64,000 nt of DNA, taken from Zootoca vivipara (Eukaryota). How positions within the stretch are numbered: position 1 is the first letter of the stretch; every line of letters begins with the position of its first letter. Positions 50,828-63,428 of this stretch are shown one piece after another. Both the position numbers and the translations under genes were made by a program. The notes beneath the pieces are model-generated. The model was not told where the DNA came from. It saw nothing but the letters and a program-made list of their open reading frames with translations, and made no database searches. The stretch spans positions 42,966,001 to 43,030,000 of the forward strand of contig NC_083281.1 in the NCBI RefSeq assembly GCF_963506605.1, in the 5' to 3' direction.

Positions 50828-50931
50828 CTGATGAGCCCTGGAACCTCTGTTCCCCAGGGAACTGGACCAGAGGTTGGCAGTACAAAATGGCCATTTGAGT
50901 TCTGTACTTTATCTTTGAGTAGGATGGAAAC
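50828..50931 (-). CDS. OSCP1: OSCP1 exon 5
   Basis: VSILLKDKVQNSNGHFVLPTSGPVPWGTEVPGLI(R); 104 nt. Confidence 0.95.
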
Positions 50932-51097
50932 CTGTGGAAGAAGCACAAAGCTTTGTCTGTAAAACAGTCTTGTTTAGAAAGAATTTCTGCCTAACACCTC
51001 CTTATTCCAGTATCACATCATGCAACTTCACCCAGGGACCCTTGCTCTACTATCACAACCTCCTAGACTGATGTGTAAAAATGAAAAAGCCACCCAC

Positions 51098-51178
51098 CCT
51101 GATGTGTATGTCCTGGAAGAAGATGAGCAATGTCTGCCGGATGAGCTGAAGTTCGCCAGCAGAGAGAGAGCCGTATGT
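51098..51178 (-). CDS. OSCP1: OSCP1 exon 4
   Basis: TYGSLSAGELQLIRQTLLIFFQDIHIR; 81 nt. Confidence 0.95.
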
Positions 51179-51754
51179 CTGCGGAAGAAAACCAGAATAA
51201 ATCCTTGCTGCTGCTTTAGCATTATTCAAGTGTATGATTCACATGGATGTTTAAGTGCTTCATGCATCCTCATAACTGTGGGCAGAAGATTATTTCCATT
51301 TTGGTGACAGGCAACTGAGAAAGAGCAACTTTCCCTGAGGACACCCCAGTGGTTATTTAGTTGCTGCTGGGATTTTAAACCAGGTCTCCCAGATTCCAGT
51401 AAAACTTCTTAAATAGAAATCTAACCCCCAGTAAAACATACTTGTTTTATGAAATCACGAATCCATTTCAAAACTTTTGTTACTTTTTAAATGTTTTATA
51501 ATATCAGTACTGCAACACTGATATAACCCTGGAAACTAGACACACTGTACTTGCATTGTATTTTACTGTTGTCTTATTTCTGCTTTCACTGGTGAAATTT
51601 CCAGACTTACAGTGCAGCAGCTTGAAGGGGGAGCACACTACACAGTAGAAAACCAATATGAGGGCATGCTCCAATATGTTTTGCCTTCGTATCATTTTTT
51701 CCTGTAGTTGTACATACATTTGAATGGAATCTAAAAGGTATGGTGTGCTCTTAC

Positions 51755-51922
51755 ATCAATGAGTTTCCTAAAGGTTGCATCAACCTGAGCCAGAGTTTTG
51801 GGTGCTTCGTAAATGAAATCTTTGATAGCATCCAGGTGGTTGAAAGTGATGAGTAAAATGTCTTTGGGCCGAGGGCAGAGTAGAACTTGGTACTTGAATG
51901 CCATGGTCATTAGATCGTAGAG
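51755..51922 (-). CDS. OSCP1: OSCP1 exon 3
   Basis: LYDLMTMAFKYQVLLCPRPKDILLITFNHLDAIKDFIYEAPKTLAQVDATFRKLID; 168 nt. Confidence 0.96.
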
Positions 51923-52291
51923 CTACAAAGTAAGGAAACTGGAATTAGTTAAATCACAGAGCCCAGGCTGAGCCTTATTAGATATTAATCAGCTGTCTTC
52001 TTGTGCAGTTGGCTGGATTTTATTCTGCAAGCCACTCTACTATGAGCCTGAACTTGGTTAGACCTGTCTTGATCTTGCTCTAGTTGTCACTGCTGTTTCA
52101 TCGCCTTCAGATCCCTTGTCTATCTAAGCTGTCATTCTCCCCTGATTCAGCTATCACTTTCCTTTATCCCTCAATCTTTCCTGAATGTTAGTGTGAGAAT
52201 CCTAGTTTCATTTGATGACAGCACTTGTTGATAAGAGAATTACCTGAATTCTCCATAAGACATTGGGGGAAACAGAAAGTTTCATCCTCAC

Positions 52292-52446
52292 CTTATCCAT
52301 ACTGGGTGCATTCAGTCTCATGATTGAGGCATGAACCAGACGCTCAAAAACTGTCCTCAGGGCCTTCCTGGAATAGAGCTCCTGTGGCTTAAACAGCTCG
52401 TCCATAAACTTTTTATTGAATATACCCCCTATGATGTCATTCATAA
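52292..52446 (-). CDS. OSCP1: OSCP1 exon 2
   Basis: (V)MNDIIGGIFNKKFMDELFKPQELYSRKALRTVFERLVHASIMRLNAPSMDK; 155 nt; AG/GT. Confidence 0.96.
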
Positions 52447-55400
52447 CTGAAAAGACAAAAGATTCAAATATATCACAAATGGATCGGCTTTGCTTTTGTT
52501 TCACAGGAAGACACACACAGTTATAGCCGAGGAGGGACTTGCAAAGGCCACTCTCCAACTGAAACACACCATGCCCCACAAATGTCTTCTGTGCAAGGCT
52601 GTGATCCTCTCCAAATCCCCTTCAGTTCAAGGAAACTTGCACAGAAGCCGTTCCCAGCCTTTGTTACCAGTGAATTCACCAGTGCTAGTAGAGATACAGG
52701 ATCTGGAAATGTTTTCTTTTCTTAGTAGTGAGACACGGTTGCCCTCATTGAAACTGTTTCCAATTTCAATAAATTCCAAGAGTAGAGCAGCAGATTATGG
52801 TAATATGAAACAATTTGTCTCCTTTTGCATTTGCAAACTGCATCCGTTCTTTTTCTTCTGCAAACATTTTATAGAGGCTCCTGAATCCATGGTAAGTAAA
52901 TTGAGGTAGAAGAGAATCACAACACCCTGTCCCCCATTGTTTAGTCATTTGCAGTTAGTTGGGCTGATAACCGCAACCAAATACTGAGAAGTACATAAAA
53001 GAATTGAAACAATATTCAGATGTAGTGGTCAGGGTTACTATTGCCAGAGGTACTACACCAGTAATACTCAAGCACTAGATGTTATTTCTTTTACACTCAA
53101 TACTCAGTAGTGTGCAAGCAGAGTTGGCTACAAAGAATCTCTCATGTACAGTACCATAATAGGTAGCCCTACTACTAAGAAACTGTTATTTGGCCCTGTA
53201 AATAGTCTTTAACAATGGAGAGAATCGCTGTAAAAACCAGTCTTAGAAGTGACTGTGTACCTGTGTACAGAGAAAAGGTTAAAATATTTCATCAAAATGT
53301 CATAATTCTCCATTTATCAACACCAGATCTTAGGTGCCTGGGATCTTCCTAGTCAAGCTGAAATTAAATACAGTTTCCTGTATGGGTCCTAGCTGCTACA
53401 GAAACCATATTCATGTGGATACCAATAAAGTCTGAGATTAAAAGGTTTCGATCCTGATCTGTTTCCCAGTACTGTCCCCTCCTCACACTCCCTGGTGGAA
53501 GTGGACAACGGCAAACTCTTCTTCTGGTTCTCTATGCCTTCGCTGGAAGTTTTTAAACAGAGGTTGGATGGGCCATCTGCCTTGGTGTCCTTTCCAACTC
53601 TAAAATACTGAGAGTCTATGCCCAGTCACAAAGTCTTTTCTAGCTCCCATTTTCATTCTCCCTTGTGCTAAGTAGCAGCAATTGTTCAATCTAGTATCCA
53701 GCAGGTGTTGCTAAGCACAGAGAGACTGGGATGGATAAGCAGAGCTTTTAGTGATGCAATTCTCTCTTGACCCGCTCCGACGCAATCCTTAATGAAGCTG
53801 TAGTAAACTCTCCCTAAGTGTATGCTTCTAAAGAGGTTTGACAGAGTTCTGCTTCTGTGCTTCTCTGTCAGCCCCAGCCAGGAAAATTCTCTAGTAGTTT
53901 GGAATTGGATAGAAACATGATCACACCAAATAGTGACCTCTGACATTTTGTACTGTATTCGTGTAACTGAATGAGATAGTACATTGCATCACTGTCCCAA
54001 AATATAGGGGTGGTAGAAGATTAGGATGCCTACCAGCCAATTTTCCTCTCAATCCTCAGGGTGGCACAGAGTGTTTAGTGCCAACTGAGTGACTAAACTT
54101 TGGGTTAGAAATGAAAGTGGAAAAATCCTGTATTGTTCTACGATCCACACCAAAATCCTGTGGTGGAATTGCTTTTTTATTTTCTTTTTCACTCCTAAAC
54201 AGCTTGGTTTATTAAGCCACCAACAATTACGATTACCTAGTACAGTCGCTATACACAGCATTTAGGGTAGCCATTAGCCAAAGGTGGTTAACAATTCCTC
54301 CATATCAAATCCACTGGTCTGGCCTCCTGTGACACACAGGCAAATGCAGGTGGGCTAAAATTCAGCCACAAAACAGCATTTTAAAAAACCACAGACTCCC
54401 TCATTCCCTCTTTTCCTTATTTACCTGCAGACTGCTATGTATCTGAGCAATAGAAACAGAGACTTTGTAGCATTTGGGGGTTATGTTTGGTTACACAGTT
54501 TACTTGGGGGGGGGGGGGAAACACACCTGGTTTTTTCAGCTCACCCATTCCAGATATAAAGCATGATGCAGAAAAGCATGATGCAATCTAAAGATATGCA
54601 ATAATGACATACTAAAGCAGCGGCAAATTTTGGGATTTAATGAGGAAAGTTGTGGATTAAAAGATGAAGTTCAAGACAGAGAACTGGTGACTAATTCTGC
54701 AGTACGGCAGGAAGAGAGCAAGAACCACTGGATACACTCTGCTCATAGTATGCTTGTACAGCTGCTCCTTTGCCAACAGAGATGTTCAGCAATCAGTTGA
54801 CCTAAGATGACTTTTCCAATAAGTTTATTTCCAAGGCAGTCGTGAATTATTTTTATGTTTCAGGATCATTACTGCCTGTTTTTAAAATGCAGAAAGCCCT
54901 AGTCAAGCATTCACTTGTTCGTCAATTACACCCGCTACAGAAGTGTTGAAGCCGCTGGGAACACTATGCAGCTGTGTGTATGTACAACATGCCACTAAAA
55001 ATGCTGTCAGTCAAAATATTAGTCATTAATCAGTCAAGTTTTTACAGGAGTTCACCACCATTAGAGGTTCCGCTTAGAGGTTTCATTTACAATCGGTATA
55101 TAAATTTTGTTAGAGAAATAAAATAAAATCACTGCAATCAATACACAGAAGGACTGTAGGCAGTTCATAGGTTTTAAAAGCACATCCTAATACATAGGTG
55201 CACTTTGACAGTCTATTGCATTTATGGTTTGTTCTTCGTTCCTGTGCAGCTATAGGCAAAATCTTTCAACTCTGTATGTCGCCATTTTCAGTTAGACAGA
55301 AGGCAGATGAGGGTTGTGGCGGTTGATGGGTAAAAAAAAAGACTTGGTCAATTGAATAATCCAATATTGTCAAATAATGGTCAAGTATTTTCAAAGCATT

Positions 55401-56321
55401 AATATTAAAGCAAGATGACAATCATCAACCGATTTGATACTCATACTAATGACAATAAAATTAGAAAACCTTTACTTTAAAAAGGGGAATAAATGATTTA
55501 TATTTAATACATATTTATTTTGGCTTCTTCTCCAGAAACGGAGGGCAGTCTGCCCATCCCTCAGTGTGTTCTCACAATAGACCTGTGTGTGACTTAACCA
55601 CAATTGCCTGATGTCTTTCTTGGCTGAGTGAGGATCTGAATCTGGGTCTTCCTAGTCCTAGTTTGACACTTTACTCATCAATGACTGCTCCTGCTCCTGT
55701 TTGGAACTGCCTGTTAAAGAAGGTAGCCTGTGGAAAGTGTTTTGATGTGGAGTTTGTCACTAGCAAGCAACCCCCTGTGCCTGCCCCTGCTAACAAATGA
55801 TAACCTAATCAAATAAATAATAATAATGACAAATTGCCATATTCACAATGGTATTCTTGAAATATTTGACAATATGTGACCAGAGTCAAATAACAGGCAA
55901 TCTATCTTGCAAGCCAGGTTCAATCCCCCATCTCCATGTAGGGCTGGGAGAGACCCCTGCCTGAAATTCTGGAGAGCCGCTGCGAATCAGTGAGGACAAT
56001 ACTGAGCTAGATGCACCAATAGTCTGACTCCGTACAAGGCATCTTCCCAGGTTCCTAACAGTTGCCCAGCATGCCAACACTACTATAAGTTACTTAAACT
56101 AAAGTCATAAGAATTGACCAATGAGGGTTCAATGAATTTCTTCCAGGATTTGCTATAAATGTGGTACATAATGTTGTCAGTCACCCAAGCTCCATAAATA
56201 TAATGCTGCTGGTCTGAAGGGATCTTCCAATAGCATCCCAAAAGATACTGTGCATGCATAGTTTGGAATCTCAGTGGAAAAAAAAACCTCTTTGTGCAGG
56301 GGGCTAAAAATGTTACAGTAC

Positions 56322-56351
56322 CTCGTCTCCTGTCCACATCAGTCCATTCAT
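56322..56351 (-). CDS. OSCP1: OSCP1 30-nt cassette microexon
   Basis: DEWTDVDRRR, phase 1/1; gtgtag acceptor, GAG|gtactg donor; resembles the DEWTEVDRKR insert I recall from the longer human isoform. Confidence 0.88.
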
Positions 56352-58459
56352 CTACACGAAGCATAAAACAGAAAAAATGACGGGTCAAGTACTAAGAACA
56401 ACAAACTGACAAGCAGGATGAAAAAGGGGAAATAAGTAAAAAAAGAATCCAACAGTATTTAGTAGCCTGCTGTATTAGAGCTGCAAAGCAAATGAGAGGA
56501 GAGCTTTCAACTAATATTTTAAAGTGGCAAAAAAAAAAAAGCCACAATGTGAGGGTTGGGGTGATATATAGGCATTATTAAAATGGACCTATGGCACTTC
56601 TGTAATCTCACTCCACACATTGTGGGGGAAAGAGGCTTATTTTCCCAGCATAAAATTTGGTGAAAAGGCAAAGTATTGCAACAGCTGCACAGTCTTGATG
56701 TGGAGCATTCACTTCAAACAAATGAGATACAACAGAATTAATTGCACTAACTGCTCAAAATGACTGTGCTGACTGCCGAGCATCCTCAGATCCACATAGA
56801 TGAGTTACTGTGCTAGAGCAACTCCAATACTTCTGAGCAAATGTAATCTGTACAAAGCCATTGCCCCATACTTAAGTCTGCAGGGTAGAAAAAATATGAT
56901 ACATGCATGCTGGATAAACAAGAACATAACAAGATTTGTTTCCCACCTTTACTCTTCAGTTCAGCCACTTGTCCAGTAAGCTGTATGGCGAACTGAACTC
57001 ATGCTATTTACCAGCCCAAGATTTAAACACATGCATATCAGTAGCTTGGAATTTTAAGTGTTTCTGCAGTAGAATTAGTATATTATAGGATTTGATGCTG
57101 GTGCCTAGAGAACGGAAATCTTTTTCTAGTCCTGTTCACCCGCATCTGTATGTCAACCATGACTTACATTATTACTTTTTCTTTTACATTTCTTTTCAAT
57201 GGTCTGTTTCTAGTACAGTATGCCCTCAACGTACATGAGGGTTATGTTCCAGGGATCACATCTAAAATCAAAATCATGTATAGTCAAAATATATTGGGTA
57301 CAATGGCAGGTGGGAATGCCAAACACCTTTTTCCTGGATGCCTGTCCCCTTTATTTTTAACCCCCCCCCCCCCGTGTGTAAAGCTGAATGCACATAAGTT
57401 AAATTTGTGTAAGTTGCGGGCACCTTGTACATCAGGAGCAACATTCACCTTTCAATGCTAGCCCTATATGCTCATGCCCAAGAAGCAGCAAAGCTATTCT
57501 TCAAATACCTAGGAATCAGATCAGACAAACCTTCCCCCCAACCTTGAAATGGCAGGGGGATTGTCCATGAAATATGCTGTTCTTCCAAAATGCTCTGAGG
57601 GACTCCAAAGTGTAGCATGACTGCAGCTCCAAGTGGAAGGGAAGGGTCTTGACATGTTCACTAATGGGTAGTGGCATACTATGGCAAAGGAAATTGTGGA
57701 ATCCTGCATAGGACTTATTTCTAGAGAATTCCATTAGAATGCTAAACATTTCCAGCATTCAGCTCACCATGTGGAAATATTCTGCCCTCTCAATGTTCCC
57801 AGGTACTACTAATGTGGCAATGTCTTCAGAAATGTTGATCCTAACAGGGCTACTAGTCACTTTAAGACATAGAACTTAAAACTGTCTGCACAGGTTGGCA
57901 TTCAGATATGGTGGCAGGACTTTATAAAGGTTGTTTCACATTCAACATCATTTTATTATTGTATAAAATTGCTTGGTCAGAATATTTAAGTCACCCAGGA
58001 GGTTGTAATCTGTGACTGGGGGAAGTACATTCCTCTGAAAAGCTGCTCTAGGTAGGCCACCTTGGCTGGAACTAAAGGCATGTAAGAGCCATTAAATAAA
58101 TGATGTACTGTAAGAGTTCAAAATTAAAGCTACAAGGAAATTGTCTGATATGGGGATTCCGGAGAGTGTGGAATTAACAGTTGCCAAGCTCTGGAAATTG
58201 AGAAAGTTAGTTTGTGCAAGGAAGCAATTTCTTGAATGGCTCATGGATTGTGTAGAGAATTATCTCTGGTTACAGAGCCCCAACACTCATACTTGGGGGT
58301 TTTTAAGGCAAGACCTTCTCCCAGCTCTTGGAACAAGACTGGAGAGATGTCTTCTACAGTGACTAGGAAATAAGGGACTCTCTACACATTCACAATAAAA
58401 GCTTGGCTTTGCACTGGGAGATGGTTGGAGAACAGCCACCTTTCAACTCCCTCTAACTC

Positions 58460-58585
58460 ATGGCTGGGGAACCTGTGGCCCTCCAGATGTCGCAGGACTA
58501 CAACTCCCATCCTCCCAGACCAATTGTCATGTTGGCTGGGGCTCATGGGGATTGCAGTCTGACAACAACTGGAGGGTCACCCCTG
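58460..58585. mobile_element. Short dispersed squamate repeat/MITE with CCAGATGT..GGACTACAACTCCCA core (other copies near 17850, 28700, 33710, 36300, 41810, 46820, 50120, 58860, 62780)
   Basis: Recurrent ~100-130 bp imperfectly palindromic unit seen many times in the window. Confidence 0.6.
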
Positions 58586-59177
58586 CTCTAACTGTACTTA
58601 TGATCAGCTGTACTTGATTTGCCTACCTCAACAGGCATTGGGAAATGTACAGCCCTCCTCAAAAGGTCCAGAGGGTGGCAACACGAGAACTGGCCTTCTC
58701 TGCAGTGGCTCCCTGTCTGTGGAATGCTCTCCCCAGGGAAGTGCGCCTGGCGCCTTCATTAAACACCTTTAGGCACCAGGCAATAACGTTCCTTTTTAAA
58801 CAGGCCTTTGGTTGAGCTGATTGACATCCTTTGCCCTTTTAAAATGTGGCCTTCCCTAATTTGGTGGCCTCCAGATGTTTGGGGCTACAGCTCTCATTGG
58901 GCCCAGCACCATTCGGTCGTAGTCCAAAACATCTGGAGGAGACTCATGTTCGGGAAGGCAGCAGATGCGCGTTGCCCAAAAATGGTCCTCACAGCTTCGG
59001 GCAGGGTCGGGCCCTCGTCGTGCCACTCGCCCCTCCCAACCCGAATTATGAAGAACTCAATCACACCAGCACCGCCACCCTGTTAAATGACACCCTCGCC
59101 CCGCGTTGCAGCCGGAGAGGAAAGGGGTGTGCGGGTGTGTGTGAGAGAGAGCGGTATAGGTGGGGCCCCTCCCAGAC

Positions 59178-59289
59178 CTTGGCGCGCCTTGTCTCCCGGG
59201 ATGCTTTGCGCGCGCAGCCGCTGGTCCACGATGTAGAGCATCTCCCCGCCCAGGTTGAGGACGAGCAACGGCAGCGTCCTCAGCGACAT
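59178..59289 (-). CDS. OSCP1: OSCP1 exon 1
   Basis: MSLRTLPLLVLNLGGEMLYIVDQRLRAQSIPGDKARQ; 112 nt; in CpG island; AAG|gtctgg donor. Confidence 0.95.
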
Positions 59290-59383
59290 GGCCGCAGGAC
59301 CCGCACTCGGCCGGGCTTCCGTCCAGGAGACAAGCTGTGGCTGCGACTCTGGTTGCGGCTGCTGCTACGACGGCAGCGGCCCC

Positions 59384-59397
59384 GTTGCCTGGACAAC
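59384..59397. promoter_or_regulatory. RFX X-box-like motif in the OSCP1 promoter, next to a CCAAT box (59405-59409)
   Basis: GTTGCCTGGACAAC imperfect palindrome about 95 bp upstream of the ATG. Confidence 0.6.
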
Positions 59398-60626
59398 GCC
59401 ACCGCCAATCGGAAGGCTGCTTGCTGGCAGGTCTAGTCTCCTTTTAAAGGCGGAGCTTAGGTCTCCGCCCACGACTTCCCTAGATGGGCTTACGGCCCGC
59501 CCTCTCATCCTCTTTCCCGCCCTCTCTTCCTCTGGTGTATAATCAAGACGGAGTCGGGTGTTAATATGAAGAGCTTTTTATTGGCGCATGCGGAGCTCAG
59601 GATGCAGTGTCCAGCTCTTGCCCCGCAGGTCTGAAACACACAAGGAAACCGGTGAAGATTTAGTAATAATAATAATAATTTATTATTTATACCCCGCCCA
59701 TTTAGAAGCTTCAGGCGAATTGGCGAAAATGATCGGGAAAATCAGAGATCAAGAGGACAATAAATGTAATAAAGAATGGGGAATTTTTTTGCAATGAAGC
59801 GAGATTTATGATAAAAATTGAGTTTTAAGTAATATGGAGAATATGATACGATGCAGTTTGAAAAGAATATATGTGGAAACCATGGAGGGGTGGAGGGAAG
59901 TTCGGGGATTATGATTTGTGTATGATGTCAAATGCTAAAAGTGAAAACGAACAAAAAAACTTAATTAAATAAAAAAATAAAAGCGGCATGTGAGGGAAAG
60001 GGCGGGGCTAAGCATTACCGCTCTCAGTTCTAGTTGCAGCCCTAAGGCACCTGGGAAGGAGATAGTTGTTGCCATTCGCAACCCGATCCCCACACGCATT
60101 TTTCAGGCAGTTTCATACGCTAAACACATTTAGTGACACAAACACACAACTGACAAGGTGCAAAAGTCAGGCCTGGCTCCGCCTTCTTGCCTCAATCAGT
60201 GAAGTTCCCTTCCAAATGCATAGCCACCTGCATCCCTTCCCTTCTTCTTTTACTCAAAGACCCCATCTCTAATGCCCACCAGCGAAATTGATCTGGCAGG
60301 TGAAGACATGAACACGGCCCCTGAAGCAGATTCTCGATGCCCAGGCAGTCTCATGGAGCTTAGGCTACAAATGTGAAAATATGAAAGAGAGTTTCCTGCA
60401 GCCAATCAGAAGCCGCACTTTGGTTTCTGAACATTTTGGAAGTCAAACGGACTTCCGGAACGGATTCCGTTTGACTTCCAAGGTATGACTGTATTCCCTT
60501 TAGGCATCTGACTGAAAGCTGTGCTTAGAGAGTCAGATTCTGACAGAATTTCTGTCTTGGAGGGGGTGGGGGAAATGCCAATGCTCCTTTTCCATCAAAA
60601 CCCACCTTTGCACCTCCATTTTCTTA

Positions 60627-60722
60627 TTAAGTCAGAGAGCGGGCGTGTACTTCACGGCCCATGCGGCACAACTCACACAGGCCACAAAGACACATTGACA
60701 TGGCATCCCTTAAAACATTGCC
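60627..60722 (-). CDS. PLAC8/cornifelin-family gene, last coding exon
   Basis: GNVLRDAMSMCLCGLCELCRMGREVHARSLT*; matches the family C-terminal G...D...C..C.LC.M.RE pattern; in frame with the 63292 donor; tandem TAA TAA. Confidence 0.88.
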   Translation of the reverse strand, partial: GNVLRDAMSMCLCGLCELCRMGREVHARSLT

Positions 60723-62364
60723 CTGTATGATTCAAACAAAGAAAAGAGATTTAATGAGACATAGCACCTCAAATCTGGAATACATTTTTACTCCACATAC
60801 ACTCCTTCAAGCCTTGCACACAGGCAGGTCTTTAGAAACTTACAATAAGCCAGTGGACAGGATCAGCTTAATGTGGGCATGCGGAGCATGTAGGTGTCAT
60901 ATTCTGGCTAAGATGCTGAGCTATGAACAGGCAGTCCCTTGGAATCTCATCTATCAGAATCAGAATCAGATATGATAATACTTTACAGCCTCACATGACT
61001 GTTGTAAGGATCACACAAAAATGTACATGAAGCCCTTTGGATGCTCCGAAGCATTACAATACTAAATATTAATAATATGAAAATCAGATCATGCACAGGA
61101 GAAAGATATACCCAATACATTTGTTTAAAAATGGTATCCTCCCTTCTTCCAAGAAGTTCACATTGACATTTCGCTGCACAACCATCCTATGAGGTAGGCT
61201 AGGATGAAAAATAGCATTTTTTCCATACTTATAAAGCTTCATAGCCAAGCAGGGATTTGAAAGAGGGCAACATGCTATAGTACTTGAGTGTGTTCACAGT
61301 GACCATTAACTGCTGGACAAGCCACCATTTCTATAGGGTTTGCACTTAACTAGACTAGTGGAAGTTTGGGGTTCTAGCACCACTTTACTCCTGTTTCCCC
61401 TGAAAGAGGCAGTTCATATGGTTCAGGAGTAACATGGGCTGTCTGGTGAAAAGAGTTACCTAGTGTGTTGTGGACTCCTATGGGAGGATAAGTGAGATAG
61501 CAGATAAAGAAATGTCTTCCTCTGCCTTCAGTCAAAACAGAGACAGGGATCACTATTTTCAATAAGCCCTGCTGAAGTGCCTATATGGGGAAAAAAAATC
61601 AAAGATGACATACTTCGCAGTTTATACTACAGCTTTTGAAAAAGGGTCCAAACATCTATAATTAAATGTCAGGCGAGCAACCAACCTGCTCACACTATAC
61701 AGTGGAAGAATGAATTGTTCAGCAAAAGAGAGAGGTGAGAATGCTTTGTAGGTGGCAGGGAGAAGTCCAACCCAATGAAAAATCAATATTGTCCTCCTTG
61801 CCAATTTCCACCACCACTGAGATATGAAGCTATTTAACCAAGACCTGTTCTTCTGTTCTGCTTGTTGCACTCACCCCAGCACTTCTAACTTCCTCTGCAA
61901 CATGACAAAGGCTTTTGTAATGCTACCCTTTGGATGGAATGAAAGGCAACCTGGGCTGTTGAGAAAAAGCTGGAAATAGTTATCTGTGGTGTTGCAAAAG
62001 CAACAGAAATAATGTCTGCTCTGTTTTGTAATGAAACAAGCCAGTTCCAGGCCTCGGAACAAACTGTTCCCTGCTGTTTGTGTTCAAATTGCTAGAGAAG
62101 ATATGGTGCAATTTATCACCTAGAATTTATAATAATGGAAGGGACCATGAGGGTCATCTAGTCCAACCCCAAGCAATGCAGGAATCTCAGCTAAAGCATC
62201 CATGACAGATGGTCATCCAACCTTTGCTTAAAAACATCTGTTGAAGCAGCCTAGAATAGCATCAGCATTAGCTTTTTTTCCTCATTGACACCTTGCCCTA
62301 TAATATTATTCATTCCTCTCCTGGCCAGCTCTGATAAAGGTAGAGGATTTGGGGAGATGAGAAG

Positions 62365-62556
62365 CGGTGAAACTCAGTGGTAGAGCATCTGCTTTGCATG
62401 CAAAAAGTTCCTGGTTCAATCCCCAGCAGCTCCAGGTAGGGTTGGGAATGTCTTCAGCCTGAAGCCCTGTACAGCAGCTGTCAGTCAGTGTAGACAGTAC
62501 TGAGCTAGATGGACGCAATGGTCAGACTCAGTATAAGGCAGCGTCTTATGTTCCTA
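62365..62556 (+). mobile_element. tRNA-derived squamate SINE (truncated relative at ~55915-56058)
   Basis: CTCAGTGGTAGAGCATCTGCTTTGCATGC...GGTTCAATCCCC...TATGTTCCTA. Confidence 0.75.
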
Positions 62557-63291
62557 AGAGACAGAGAGTTTGCAAAACAGAGGAGTAACCCCTCATTTAC
62601 ATGATGCCTCTCTGCTGCTATCTGCCCTTGACAGAGGCTATTAAGGGGTGGCCCCTCCCTGAGTCCCAGGTCCTTCCTCTTTGTCCTTTCCCCCCTCTCT
62701 TATTTAAATATTTCATTTTTAAAGAAAGCATTGTTTACCACAAGGGTGGGAACACGTTGCCCTCCATAGGTTGTTGCACAACAACTCTCATCATCGCTAA
62801 CCACTAGCCATGCTGACTGGGTCTGATGGGAATTGGAGTCCAACAACATCTATAGGGCCACAGCTGTTCCACCCCTGGCTTAAAGGGTAGTTGGGCACAC
62901 TACTAAGTGCAGCGTGGTTTAAACCCAGCCACCCACCATCTCAGTTTGCCCAAATTTGTGCCCTGAGTCTCTTAAGAACCTGGCAATGGCCTTGCACCAA
63001 GCCGTTTCAGGTAGCTGAGAGAGGGAAGGTGACAGCAAAGGCCGGCAAGCAACTAATTGTCCCAAGCATCACTCTGTCGCGTAGAGGGCTGCATTTAATC
63101 TCAGGAACTCATCAATCCCCTGCTGTAGAAGACTACGAACAAGTTGTGTAGAAATAAATCATTTCTTGGATGATGCACATTTCATCTGTTTCTTTCACTC
63201 TCTGGACCCCTGCTGATCAATGAGTAAGAGCACATCTACTAGGGGGAACAGACTGTACAACACCACAACATGTGATGGAGGAAAGTGTTAC

Positions 63292-63428
63292 CGGAATGCC
63301 ATAGGAGAGCCGCATGTGAGTCCGCAGGGCTGTCATGCCGCCAGGCACCAGTCCGAGGCAACAGTGCTCCCCGTATTTGCGTGACACATAACAGGCCAGG
63401 ATTGCCGGGCAGAGAAGTCCAACACAAC
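63292..63428 (-). CDS. PLAC8/cornifelin-family gene, penultimate coding exon (5' exons beyond window end)
   Basis: CVGLLCPAILACYVSRKYGEHCCLGLVPGGMTALRTHMRLSYGIP; Cys-rich PLAC8-domain core; 137 nt, phase 1/0; gggcag acceptor, CCG|gtaaca donor. Confidence 0.88.

Noticed and set aside
58846-59436. 196-aa plus-strand ORF
   Set aside because: Starts in a repeat and is antisense to OSCP1 exon 1 in a CpG island
61875-62020. Possible extra exon (AG...GG|gtgagt) in the cornifelin-like intron, or an MRPS15 exon
   Set aside because: Weak polypyrimidine tract; 146 nt would frameshift; no similarity to the PLAC8 family or MRPS15. No MRPS15 sequence was recognised in the window
62365-62430. tRNA-like sequence
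   Set aside because: Head of a tRNA-derived SINE with body and tail attached; no intact cloverleaf
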